Assembly: GCF_009914755.1 (NCBI RefSeq)
Contig: NC_060942.1
Reading direction: 5' to 3' (one strand)
DNA from: the human T2T-CHM13v2.0 reference genome, Homo sapiens
DNA length: 64,000 bases
Of the stretch, positions 26,930 to 40,061 are shown piece by piece (within the stretch, counting starts at the first letter, position 1; the number at the start of each line of letters is the position of its first letter). Under the pieces are notes generated by a model. The model was not told where the DNA came from. It saw only the letters and a program-made list of their open reading frames with translations, and did no database searches. The position numbers and the translations under genes were made by a program.

Positions 26930-28350
26930 GTAGGCCCATGGATTTAAACATCATTTTATATCCCTAGGCCAAGTCTTACTTCTGAGATCCAGCCTCACAT
27001 TTCAAACTGTCTGCTTGGCATTTTCTCCTGGGTGTCTCAAAGACGCTGCAAACTTAGAATGAGCAAAATAAAACACTTGAGTCCTGATGCCCAATTGGTC
27101 CCAAATCTAGCCTTCTCCTTTTTAGGATATGGCACTCCCGGCCAACCATTCCAACCAGAAATGTAAAAGTCATCTTTGTTCCCACCCTCATGCCTTATAC
27201 GTAATCCATCAGCAAGTCATGTGTACTGTATTTCCAAGATACATAAGGAATTGATATACATTCTCTGCCATCAACTTGAACTAGACTTTCATCATCTACC
27301 ACTTACAGCAGCCCTCACGTGGTTGTCAAATTCCTACAGTTGGTTTCTTTCCAGCAAAATAAATGATCTTCTTAAGACATAAATTAGATTTTGTCACTTG
27401 CATACTTGAACAATTTTGTTGATTGCCTTAAAATAGAATAAATAAAATAAAACACTTAATATAAAATCCTATCTCCTTACCGCAGCCTATGAAAACTCTG
27501 TCTACCAAGACCCGTATTTATTTGCATACCTAGACTCCTCTTCTATCGTACTCCATGCCTCTCTCTCTCACTATGCTTCAGCCACAGCCATCTTTTTGTG
27601 TTTCCCCATTTGGTGAACATGCCAGTCTCTTTCCCACGCAAGAGCCTTTTCACACTCTCTGTACTCTACCTGGAATGGACTCTACCTCTAATTTTTCAGA
27701 TGGTTGATTCTTTGTCACATTTGGGTCCCATGTCAAATGGTACTTTCTTCAAGAGGCATTCCTTGACCAATCTATTTAAAATGGCAACCCCTCCCATTAT
27801 TCTGGATCTCAACCATAGTTTGTTGATGTAGCTACACCATAATTTGTAATGAAATTTTCATTTGTATTTGTCTGATTGCTTTTGTCTCTCCTGCTGGCAC
27901 ATGAACTCTACATCTGCTTTACTCTTTTACTCACCTGGAGTCTCCCTTATCTAGAACAGCAGTCCCCAACCCTTTCGGCACCAGGGACTGGTTTCATGGA
28001 AGACAGTTTTTCCACAGACCGGGGGCAGGGGTGGTTCTGGGATGAAACTGTTCCACCTCAGAACATCAGGCATTAGATTCTCATAAGAAGCGTTCAACCT
28101 AGATCCCTCGCATGTGCAGCTCACAACAGGGTTTGCGCTCCTGTGAGAATCTAATGCCGCTGCTGATCTAACAGGAGGCAGGGCTCAGGTGGTAATGCTC
28201 ACTCACCCATGGCTCATCTTCCTGCTGTGCGGCCAGGTTCCTAACTGGCCAGGGACTGGTACTGTCCATGGCAGAGGGGTTGGGGATCCCTGCTCTAGAA
28301 CAACTAATACGTAGAAGGTATGTAATAAATATTTATTGAATAAATGAATA
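26930..28350 (+). mobile_element. L2 (body and 3' tail), interrupted by MER1B
   Basis: TCTGAGATCCAGCCTCACATTTCAAACTGTCTG body motif; tail AAATATTTATTGAATAAATGAAT resumes after the MER1B. Confidence 0.7.
27957..28292 (+). mobile_element. MER1B (hAT-Charlie non-autonomous DNA transposon)
   Basis: TIRs CAGCAGTCCCCAACC / GGTTGGGGATCCCTG; 8-bp TSD ATCTAGAA / CTCTAGAA. Confidence 0.92.
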
Positions 28351-29771
28351 CAAAAGTAGCTATATGGCTAAACATAATAAGGTGACAAGAAAGTTTCTGC
28401 ATATGTGAAGACAAAACAGTAAAAGAAGAAAGCCACCGTCAGGATGACTATGAGTTCCATGAGCCTTGAAAAAACGTATTCATTTACTAGATGACACGGA
28501 TTTCGCTTTTGCTAATAAGTGGGCACAATTCTAATCAGTATCAATTATCAAATGTCTACTGTTCTTTAATCAGGAGGAAACAAGAAGCTATTGAAGGTGT
28601 GTGAGATAAGAATTTAAGAATAAATTTCCTTTTGCTTGATTCACTATTTCACTGCCATTTTGAAAGAACTTACTTCAAACTAAGTAATTGTTCAGGTGAC
28701 AATATTTAAACAATAACATAAAAATCCAGAAAAATGCACATCTACTTGGAAGGATTCCTTTGGAGAAGAATTTGGGGGAAAAAATCCCCAAAATAGAATG
28801 CCTCTAATCACTGGGTTTAATCAATTTTTGGAATAATTAGCCTAGTTAATTATTTATGAAAACGTAGGTTTTAAATGAAAACTACAGTTTATTGTTAAAA
28901 TATATCTTCTTTGTAATACAAATTCCTATGCCAGTGTATCAGATAATTAATTTTAAATAGGTGGGAACAAACCTATTTTCAGAAATCAAGATTTTGATGA
29001 TCACGGAAATTAGTAAGGTTCTTATGCCAATAGTGATATTTTTAGATCTGTTTTCTCTTAAAGAATTTCATAAATTGCTTTACAGAGTTTCAGTTCTCGT
29101 CTATTGAAAATAAGGCATGCTCAGCCTGCACAAGTGAACATGAGACAGCTCAGGAATACCTTCATTCGGCCCTACTGTGCTAAATTAAGCCATTTGGTAC
29201 TGAAAGTTAGTAGTTACCCAGAAATAAAATCTTGCTCAGAATAGTCAGAAAATGGTGTTTGAACAAAGGAAACAAGTAACAGTCTTTAAAAATTACCCGG
29301 ACATTTCAATGTTAACTTTCCAGTTTCTGATTTTTCAGACTTTCCTTTGAGTTTTATGCCTAATTTTGAAGTGTTCCAACACAAAACACAAGTTGTAAAA
29401 GAAATAGCACATTGCATTGGGAATTCTTTACCTAAGTTCACATTTTCCCCTATTGACATACAAAAGAAAAAGAAAGAGAAAGTAAAATTCCAAATGGGTA
29501 TTAACTTTTATGTAATATTTTCTTTTTCCTTTTTATATCCCTATTACTATCTCTAAAACATTGGGGAGGTAAGTATCGCTTTTCTCTGGGTCAAAAAAAA
29601 TCAAGATAAACTTAATCAAAATCAAATAGGGGGTATAAAGTAAAATCAAGATTTTTGCCTTACTTTTAAAATTATTATTTCTAGCATCTACCTCAGTACG
29701 AGGGCTCCGCGTATTACCTATAGCCAGAGACTGATGGTTTCCTAAACTGGGAGACCTGCTGGGCATGCAGC

Positions 29772-29824
29772 TGGTTCTCTGTAAAGATCATTAACATGGT
29801 TCTCTGTAAAGATTCATTAACATG
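29772..29824 (+). repeat. 25/26-bp tandem duplication
   Basis: TGGTTCTCTGTAAAGATCATTAACA followed by TGGTTCTCTGTAAAGATTCATTAACA. Confidence 0.9.
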
Positions 29825-31224
29825 GAGGGGTGGAGACGGGTGAAGGAAAGATGAAATGGTGTTTTCTGGTAAAAGTAAATAAACACAATACACATCTTTT
29901 GAGAGCCAAATAACATTTTTCCAACCTAATGATTTTTGAATACAAGCGTTTATAACAGAATCTACTTAAGTCCATACCCATTAAATAATAAAACTCCTAA
30001 TTTGTGAGAGAGAGGGGACATGCTATACAGCCTTGCTGGAATACCAGAAAGATATATAAAAACATTCATAATCAAACGCCCAAGTAATGCTGAATGCGGG
30101 AGCTGCAGTTAACATGTTCCTAAACCCCACGATAAAGACAAATTCAACATCACTTACATTCTGACACTAGACCATGGGAAAAGTGACAGAGTCTACCTGA
30201 AGAAGACCCAGGGCCTCCTCAACCCAAGAAATATGCACCCTGTAGAATACAAACATATGAAGGAGCATCCACTAACAGACATTCTAACTCCACCGGCTGC
30301 GGGCACAGGGAAAGCTAGAGTAATTGGCTGCAGATGTTTGAAAGATACTGTTAGTCTTTTCCAGATGGATTTGCCTCTATGACTTAGTAAGAGCAAATAC
30401 AAATTTAACATTCAATCCCCAGTCCGAGGAAGAAAAGTGTAAAGAAAGGCAGAGAGCAGCAAATCGATGAAGCTTCCACATCCAAAGGATGTTCAACAAA
30501 GACACAAAGACCATGATTCCAAAAGGTTCATTAGCCCCACTTTGTAAAAGAATATGACCACCAGGAAATCCAGCATAGAATTCCACAGCCACTCCAATGA
30601 CACGGACAGAAGCAACTCTGCAGTAGAAGTGTCCTTCATGATGATGAGGACCCAGAGTTTATCCAAAATAGCAAAATTAAAGAAAGAGATTGGGTTATTC
30701 TCACGAATTACGGTTTTCTGCTACTCTGAAGTCCAAGAGATAGGAAGGAAAAAGCCTTTCCCAGGAATCAAAGTACAGGGAAGGTTTCCCGTAGATAAAC
30801 CATGTGGAGCTGAGTAGTGCTGGGTATTGGGGCTCTCTGAGAGGAAGCCACATGTTCTTCCCTCTCAAGAGCAATTTGGTTGGTTCACTTGGAAAGGTAG
30901 AAACTCATGCTAGGGCTTGGGTGACCAAAAGAAGTACAAAAGGAAGAGCAAGAGAGAGAAACCTCCTATATCTTTTTACCACGTGAGCCAGAAGGAGGGA
31001 TGAGTCTCCCAGACAGATGGAGAGGGTGAGCATGCTGGAGGGTAGTGTCTGTGGTTCACTGAATGAAGAGCCCTTGGCTGGGTTTTGCTGACGGTTTCCC
31101 AAACCCATATTGCATAATGTGCACAAATTTGCTCTCTAAGCTAATTAGAATATCATTTGTACAATAAAATCACAGTGGAGAAAGAATGAAACAAAGGGTA
31201 AAGCTGCCATGGAATGAAGGTGCT

Positions 31225-31478
31225 AGAGCCAAAAGGTAACAACATGGGCTCTGGAGCCAGACACACCTGAGTTCTGATCCCAGGGTTACTCACTAGCTAT
31301 GCAACCAAGGCAGGGTGTTTAAACTCTGAGGCTCCATGCCTTTACTTGTCAAACAGGCATGATAAAGTATCTCCACCATAGGGTAGTTGGGAGAAGTAAA
31401 TAAAATAAATCACTTAAAGTCCTTTGCATAATACCTAGTGTGTAGCATGTATAACAAGTTGTTGTAGTCACTATTACT
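31225..31478 (+). mobile_element. MIR
   Basis: GGCTCTGGAGCCAGACACACCTGAGTTC...CACTAGCTATG...CATAGGGTAGTTG. Confidence 0.8.
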
Positions 31479-33034
31479 AGTACCAGTTTCCTCAACAACC
31501 ATGACTTAACTATGTCATTAGAAGGCTATATTTCCTTAGTCTGGCTTCAGAAAGCTGATTTTGGTTACTTGTAACTGATATAAAAGTCAGAGTAAGTACT
31601 AAAATAGATCATTTTAAATTAGTATAGTCTAGGTAATAACATCTTAAACATCTGATTTATTACTTCTATGTACTTTGAAACCACACTTTATATCAAAGCA
31701 CTTCTTGGATCCTATGTTCATCTTCTTTGAACTGATTATATCCACTTGAAATTATCAGCATGCATTTGTATATTGTAACAGAAATGCAAAGTCCTCAAAT
31801 ATTTTTTTCCTCAGGTATGCTCCTTACTCTTTATTGCACCTTACAGAGATAACAAGTATTTTTTTTCATAAGCAGTACAAGCCACAAGCTAATGGAGTAA
31901 AACTGTCCTGAATCTGGAATTATTTGAGCTGAAATAAGTAAATTTCAACCATTATTATGTTTTTAGTTGATAAAATTTTAAGATACATAAGGATAGACTG
32001 GTAATTTTTGTAGATCAATCTTACCATATGTTAGGAACCAGTGGTATTTACAATTTAAATTAATCAGCCGGAGGTAAAGATTTCTTAAATCATCTTTTTC
32101 AGGACATTTTTATCTGGCTAATAAGAGCAGGGTTTATGAGTGAAAAAAAGGTTTTTTATAGATCATTCATCAATATGTTATTCTAATTTAGTGTGTGCTT
32201 CTATTTTTAAGATGTAATGACTTTCTAAGGCATAATTCTAAATAGAGAATGGAGGATACAATATGATCTATTAGTTAAGGGGTATGTACTCAGATGTGTA
32301 TTGTTTCTGCCATTAATTTTTTTAGAAATACCAATGTATATCAAAATTAATGTTAATAAATATTCATAAAATCTTTGTATGTGTTCAGAGCCACAGGCCA
32401 CATAAAATCACATGAGGAGATAAGGCATATCTATGAAAAGCAAACAGTGAAAAAGAACAGCATCTGTTTAAGCATTTTAAGTACAAATAGGCAAACATCT
32501 AATAGGAATTCCTGAAAATCCCAATTTGTCCCCATTGCTTTTCTGCAGGAATACAAAAAAACAGACTTTCATAAAGCAATTTTTTTTCATTACTAGAAAT
32601 GCGACTGTTCACTTTCTCCAGTGACCTTAGAAGTTGAAGTCAAATACAGTGAAAGGGGAAATTACATTACAGTTAGCGGATATGCTATGGACATACCAAC
32701 TGAAATTACACATGCTTGGTCCTGCTTGATCCTGGACAAATTGTTTACCAACTCTCAGTGTAGCAGACCCGCAGTGTCTATTAACTTAATAGCTATTACA
32801 GAAAATGTTTTGAAACTGATGGAAGATGATTGCGGGGGATGGACGTTGAAGGCATTATTGCTGCTATGAAAAGATAAATATAGGAGCCACTTCAGAAACA
32901 CAGGAAATTGGTAAATGGAGAGAAACTGTTGTCCCTTTGCTTTCATCTGTGTTACTTAAATCAATACTCTATGTGTCCATTAAGCCAGGGGTAATTCATT
33001 AAATCACAAACCTGGAAGAATTTTTAGAGTTTAG

Positions 33035-33376
<342 letters not shown>

Positions 33377-33619
33377 TAGACGGACCCATTTTAAAAATCA
33401 TTAGAAAAGATGATTTCAAAATATCTTTTTCATAACTCACTTCAATGTCAAGTTGTTAAAAAGAAAGGATTTACTTCTATGTTTAAAAAACTATTGACAC
33501 CAAGTGGAATTATCTTTTTTTACACTGGAAATGTTTAATCTACTACTACCAACAAGAATTCCTGAAAACAACAAGAGTAACAAATGATAGCTACTAGTGT
33601 TTCAGGGTCTATTTATGTG

Positions 33620-33790
33620 CATTTACCTTATATTAATTACATTTATTTAAAAAATCCTTGTAAAATAAGTATTATTAGAATCCCATCTTACAGGTGATGA
33701 AACTGAGCGTCAGAACGCTTATCTGTCCAAAATTAAACAGCTAATGAGTAGAGAAATAAAAATGTAAATATAGCAGCAGCTGATGTCAAG
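33620..33790 (-). mobile_element. MIR
   Basis: CCCATCTTACAGGTGATGAAACTGAG core. Confidence 0.75.
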
Positions 33791-35779
33791 TGTTATTTTT
33801 CACTATTTTACAACGTCTTAGGATACCTTTTTCTCCATCTTTCCTCAGAAATCCTTTGTTGAGACTGTTGGGGATAAAGCCAGCACTCTCGTTCAGCACA
33901 ATTAATCCCACAGGATGTGAAGCCTACTACTTTTCAATTGCAGGTGCAGAGGCTGGCTTTCTCCAGAGAGGCAGGTAGAGAAGCAAGAGGCATAGAGAGA
34001 GACATCTATTGGAAAAAAATGAAGAAGAATATCCCTCACTTCATAGGGGGCTAAAGAACCTATTCTGTAAGTGCCCTGTATTTCCCAAGACCTGCCTTCT
34101 CTCCTTCCATGCATAAATACCTGTAAAGCACTGACTCACTTCTATGCTTACTAAGCAGCAACCTGACTCGGGAAAAAAAGCTAGGTATGTCTAGTTTCAG
34201 AAGGGCCCTGAGAGCATCATTAATAAAGCCCTAAATAAAAAAAAGTATAGGGATGTCAACAAATCGAGGATCTGCAGTGACACCTGCACCACTCTTGAAG
34301 GCAGCTTCCTGCACCACATGTTCCCCCACCCCCCGCCAGGCATCCACCTGCACCACATCCCCAGGGCTTCCTCCTGAACCACTACCCGGGACATCCACCT
34401 GCAGCACGCCCCTGAGCATCTGCCTGCACTCCCCATCTCCCCAGCAGCCAAGCATGGCGTTGGTGTTCCCTTTAGGACTAGAGGAAACAAAGATTCTGAC
34501 AAGATGTTAACAGGTGGCTGATCAGGTTGATTTTCTCTGGGGACAAGGTGACCTGAATAATTCTGTGAAAACATTCAAGTTTTGACCTAATATGTCTCAT
34601 AAAGGACAATTCCTCTCCTGCTGTTGTTCAGAATGGAAAAAGGACAAGCTGAGTTTTCAAACCTGCTGCTACAGCATCTGCTAATGGGCAGATGATGCCT
34701 GGGCCACTGGGGCCAATCCAGAGAAGGAAACTGTCAGGTTGGCTCTTTCCTGTGTCCCATGTATATTTTCACGGATATATGTCACTAAGTGTAAAGGACA
34801 TGAAATAAAGACTGCAGGACATACACAGAATGTTCTTTGTGGGGCTCTCGGGGGAGCAACTGGTAGACACAGCAGCTGAAACCAAGGCTCAACCTCTGTG
34901 ACTGAGGAGGCCAAGATGTTAAGACTCTTAGGACAAAGTCAGAAGTTGAGAAAATAAATTCAAGAGCTGATGGCATCATATCATGGCTAACTCAACAGGC
35001 AAGAATACTGATTTGTGGTGGTGCCTGAAAATGTGCATGTATAACAACCTCCACTGGGTACTGCACCTGATGGCTGGGGTTCACCCTTTAAGAGCTCCTG
35101 CTATAGAACAATCCACTTTGGCTTCAAAGTTTCAAAGATTTCCTTTCCCTGAATTCAGCCTATCCTCCCTACTGAAGTTTACTTTTTGTAAATACACTGC
35201 AGGTCCTTATTTTCACACTCAAACACAAGTCAACTCTTCTCTTCCTTGGGTAGTTTAAAATATGTCAAAATACTCCAAATTACTTAGAAGTATCAGCCAA
35301 AGAGTATCAGGTTGGGTAAGTCATGCAGGAAACAGGAAATCAAGTGACACACTATTACTAATGTCAGCAGAGGCACTTCAAAATGGTTAATGATCAGATC
35401 CAAAGTTTCATTTATTTCAGTTAGAGGTGGAGCCAAACCAATTCCTATTATAGCTCACAACACAAAACTCCTTTGTCAAAACGGGTTCTACAATTTTTCA
35501 GTTAATAATCACAGACCCTGGTTGGATGAAAGGTGTGAAAGAAGCTTAAATCTTTTAACCTCATCTTTGCATTCTTAAAATTACTTTCTTTGCAAAAACC
35601 ATGCTGCTTATTCTGTATAGAACAAAAAGGCCACAACTGCCAGTAAAAACAGATCCAGAACAAAAGTACCAGGCACTACACTAGGCATGAGAAAGTATTT
35701 TTTTTCCTTCTGAGTTTTCTGCTTATAAAATTTAGAAGAATTACACTTATTGTCAGACTGAGAATTTAGTGATCAAGAA

Positions 35780-36270
35780 CTAGTGATATTTAATCATTAG
35801 TGTGTGTCAGCAGCATCTGGAGATCTTCTTTAAAAAGCATAATCCCGTTGATCATAGGGAAGTTGATCCACTTCCCTATGATTAACTAAAATATACCTGG
35901 AAAATGTAGGTTGAACTTTTAAAATGCAGAAAATATAATGTAATTTGACCCAGATAATGACAAATCTAATTATTTAACTTTCATTTTTTAAACTTGGTAT
36001 TACAATAATGCTGAATGTTATCTATGTTTGAAAAGAAAAGCCATGTTTTTAGCTTAAAATATGCCTTAACAATTTTTAAATGATAGGTAATATTTCACCA
36101 TGCATGCTTTAAAATACATACAAAAATTCCGATGACAAAGTTTCCCTCCCCCATTGACTATATTCCTGCCAAATTCTAAACTATATTTTAAGGCTGCAGG
36201 CAGCAAGGGCCCAGCAATCTATATTTTAACAAGCACCTAGGTGATTTAAGCACCACACTGAGGGGACACA
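35780..36270. mobile_element. MER5-like hAT-Charlie element split by the duplication B insert
   Basis: Left half TTAGTGTGTGTCAGCAGCATCTGGAGATCTTCTTTAAAAA; right half GGGCCCAGCAATCTATATTTTAACAAGCACCTAGGTGATT...ACCACACTGAG. Confidence 0.65.
35867..36192 (+). repeat. Local duplication B, inserted copy
   Basis: About 90% identical by hand alignment to 37525-37861. Confidence 0.95.
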
Positions 36271-37487
36271 GACAGGGAGAGTAAAGTGCCAGGGTTCCTT
36301 GAGAGAAAGTAGCCTCAGCACTTACACAATCCAATAGCAGGGGGCTACTGATTACAGCTTTCAGAGAACACTAAAATATATCATCCCTTTTGGCGATAAC
36401 TGAACTTCACCACTCTTTGGCCAATAAGTACCTAATCAGAAGTCAATGTCTTCATGTAATCTAGCTATGATAATATTAACACTCCTTTAGGACATGAAGA
36501 TGCATAAGAGGTCATAGTTAAACTCACATCTATATTATTTATAATGTTTCATTTAATCCACTAAATTTTAGGAAATTACTTTTAAATTGGTGAACAAAAC
36601 AGTTTTATCAGAAACAGATATCTCTATTTATATTATTAATGTTAGGAACTAAAATATAATAATCTCACACATTCACTTAGCAGAGTCATTTTCAAAGTAA
36701 CAAAGAAAATGCCTTATTTGCTCTTCAAGAAAACTATGGGAAGCAGGCCGGGAAGACATGGTTAATTCTATTTTACAGATGAGAACGATTCAGACAGGGT
36801 GAAATGACATTTTCAAGGTCACTTGGCCCATGAACATCAGAATCGGATCTCAAAGCCAATTTTTTTTAACATTAGGATGTTACCATTGTAGAGTATTGCT
36901 TTTTTAATTATTAAAAAGCACTGAATTGGTAAAAAGTTGCTTTGCAAAAAGAAAAATTAGAGGAAGTAAAAAGAAGACAGTCAAAAGGACCATTAGAGTC
37001 CATAATGCTATGTCTGTAGCCAGCAGCAAATGGAGTCTGGCTTATTTTTTTCACCACATCTCTCACCAAAATTTCCCTGTCTCCCAAAGCAATTATTTGG
37101 AATGCTTACAGGTCAAGCCAGCCTTAATGGAGATTGTACAGATTTATAGATGTTCTTATCTCCAAAAATATTGTACACTCTGAAATCTTTCACTTAGTAT
37201 TATACTGCAAAAGATAATGGCTCAATATATGAATTATGGTAGAACTCTGACCATGACTAATACTAGGTTTAAAGATATTCTTACCATTTCTTTTTCTTCT
37301 GAATAATATTGCAAACTAAAGGTGTATTTTCTACATTAATTAATGGTAGGTATTATTAGTTCTGATTTAGAAATGTTGGCAAAATTTAAAGTTGATATGT
37401 TATAGGCCCTACTGCTGTTTAAAAGTGTCCATTGTAATGTGTGAGTGGTTGCTCATTAATGTGGATTGAGAGCATATAATGCTTACC

Positions 37488-37551
37488 TGATCTATAAACC
37501 AAGTACTGAAGTTCCACCAAAAAGTCCACTTCCCTATGATCAACTAAAATA
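37488..37551 (-). other. Candidate small exon, gene not identified (boundaries approximate to a few nt)
   Basis: On the - strand: ttccag/GTATATTTTAGTTGATCATAGG...TATAGATCAG/gtaagc; strong donor, modest acceptor; one open frame YILVDHREVDFLVELQYLVYRS. Confidence 0.3.
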
Positions 37552-37861
37552 TACCTGGAATATATAGGTTGAATTTTTAAAATTCAGAAAATGCAATGTA
37601 ATTTTACCCACATAATGAAAATTCTACTTATTTAATTTTCATTTTCAAAACTCGGTATTACAATAATAATGCTTAATGTTATCTATGTTTGAAAAGAAAA
37701 TAAAAGATGTTTTTAGCAAAAAATTCTCCTTAACAAAACAATTTTTAAATGATAGGCAATATTTCGCCATGCATGCTTTAAAATACGCACAAAAATTCTG
37801 ATGACAAAGTTTCCCTCCCCCATTGATTATATTCCTGCCAAATTATAAATTATATTTTAAG
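37525..37861 (+). repeat. Local duplication B, probable source copy
   Basis: Matches 35867-36192; flanks look unique. Confidence 0.95.
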
Positions 37862-40061
37862 AAATGTTTTAATAATGCAAATCAAAGTCTTGTTACATTT
37901 TAAAATGGAGAAATTTGTTCCTATGTGCATGCAAATTTTTAAATAATTATTTAAAAGGCTGAGATTGTCCCTTGGAATGGAAATAGCTTTTGATTCCTTT
38001 CTTTCTTTTTATTATGTTTTTTCTTGCCAAACTCCAGCTGAGTGTCCATGGGTTATTTGCAAGACCTATTTGCTATTCTGGAGAAGGTTTCACACTTAAG
38101 TAATTAGGCTATGAAATATCAAGAAGAAGAATTGGGTCTCACTTATATTGTTTCTCCCTGGCTCCCTTCTGCAGCCCTTTTTCCCACTTGCTCAGAGAGT
38201 GTGGGAAGACAGTTCCTCCCCAAACTATCTGGTCATCAACCTTTAAACTTCCCAGTCCCAGTCAAAAGTCCTCTGCCAAATTGCTCTCAGGATCAGCGCC
38301 TGCAGAGATACCACATGCCAGACACCAAAGTCACAGGACTTTTGAGGAAGGAAAGTGCAAAAGGTGTGGTGAAGGGAAGATGGTGATAAAAATGTTCCTT
38401 ATCCAACAGTTTGTTGTTTTTATAACCATATGAGTATTTCACTGTATATGACTTGGAAAGAATAGATAACTCTTTAGGATATTAATTAATGAATGAGAGC
38501 AAGTGAAATCTCATTTAATAGCATTAGATAACTCAAAATTCAGTTCTAGCTGAGTTTGAAATACATTTTGATTTTTTTCCTGTGAAGTCAGTTTTCCTTC
38601 CTAATAATTATTTGACTGAGTTTACATTTGCTGAGCACACACTAGCTGCTCTGGAGACCGCAAGAAAACATGGCAAGGAAGAAGTTGGAATAAAGCTTAA
38701 ACAACAACAAAATATAAATGCCACAGGTAATAGCCAAGGTAGACAATAAAAGCACAGCTATCATGAGCTGACAAAAACATACAATATTACATAAAGATGA
38801 AAACTAATTTACTCTTACATACATTACTGGGAAATAGCTTTGAGGGTTAAAATAAATCTAATGAATTTGAATGGAGTCTGTATTTTCTTATTCTACATAA
38901 TTTTTTTCTGTATTTCTTTTCAAAGTCTTTCAAAGGAAAATGTCAATTTAAAAGGAAATCCTATGAAATCAGAGATTATAATAATATGAGGAAAACGCAT
39001 AAAGGCCAGACAAATACAGCAAAGTCACAGAAGACTCTGGCAGGACAGTAAAATAGTCCCACATGCTAGACATGGGCTGATTATGTAAGGCACCTAATAG
39101 TTTGATTTTAAAACAAAAATAATAACAACAAAAAAGGCTTCTCCCCATGCCCTCCTATGATCTTGAAATAAATGCTAAAAATAGAAGCAACTATATCCTA
39201 CTAGTTCTTTGAGAAAATAACTAAGATAGAGAATAATCGTGGTAGAGAATGGTACCTTCATTGTACGGGGAAAGAACAAGAATATAAGCAACTACTTAAG
39301 TTTAAATACATTCAATTACACACAGTTGGAAAAGTATTCACATTCATAAGTGAGGTTTCAGCACTTCAGTCAGTGGTTGAAAAAGAAAAGGGATTTTTCT
39401 TGCAATTATAAACTATAACTCAAAATTGGGTTTACATCAGCAGCTAGAACACTCGCACCAAAGCAGGAGTATTAATGCCATAGGTATCCCTCAGGGCAAT
39501 CTAAATCAGAGGGCAACGTGGTGGTCCATTTTCCACTGGTGGAGAAAGCATATATCAATACAACATAGATGACAGATTTACAATACCTCCTATGTCATTT
39601 TATCTGGATAGTTTCTGGAATTCAGACACTACTTTGAAACATTCATAATTAATTGCAAGTGAAAGGAAGGGAGAAAAAAAAACATATTTCCTTAACTCCA
39701 GCACAGTGTCAGGAATTACTCAAAGAACAACACAATGAGCATTTTTTCAAAGTGCCATTTTTTTTCTTTCTCAGCAAGTTTGCCACTTTCTGAGAATTAA
39801 ACTATAAATATACATGTATATGCATAATGATAAAAATAGACAGTGAGAGGGGACACAATACGTCCCTATTGTTCTGAAGATTGACATTTTACACTCTTAC
39901 ACTTAATACAAAGTGGCTTTCACTGTTTCTCACCTAACTGACTTATCTTGTGCGCTTAGAAGACTATCTCAAGACAAAGATGGGTCCAGGGAGTTCACTT
40001 AAAACACTAGAATCACTGGTGCCACCAACAGGGGCTCCAAACTAGCTTCAGAGAATAGACT

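Noticed and set aside
34197-34574. 125-aa and overlapping ORFs
   Set aside because: Stop-poor because of the C-rich degenerate repeat; no homology recognised
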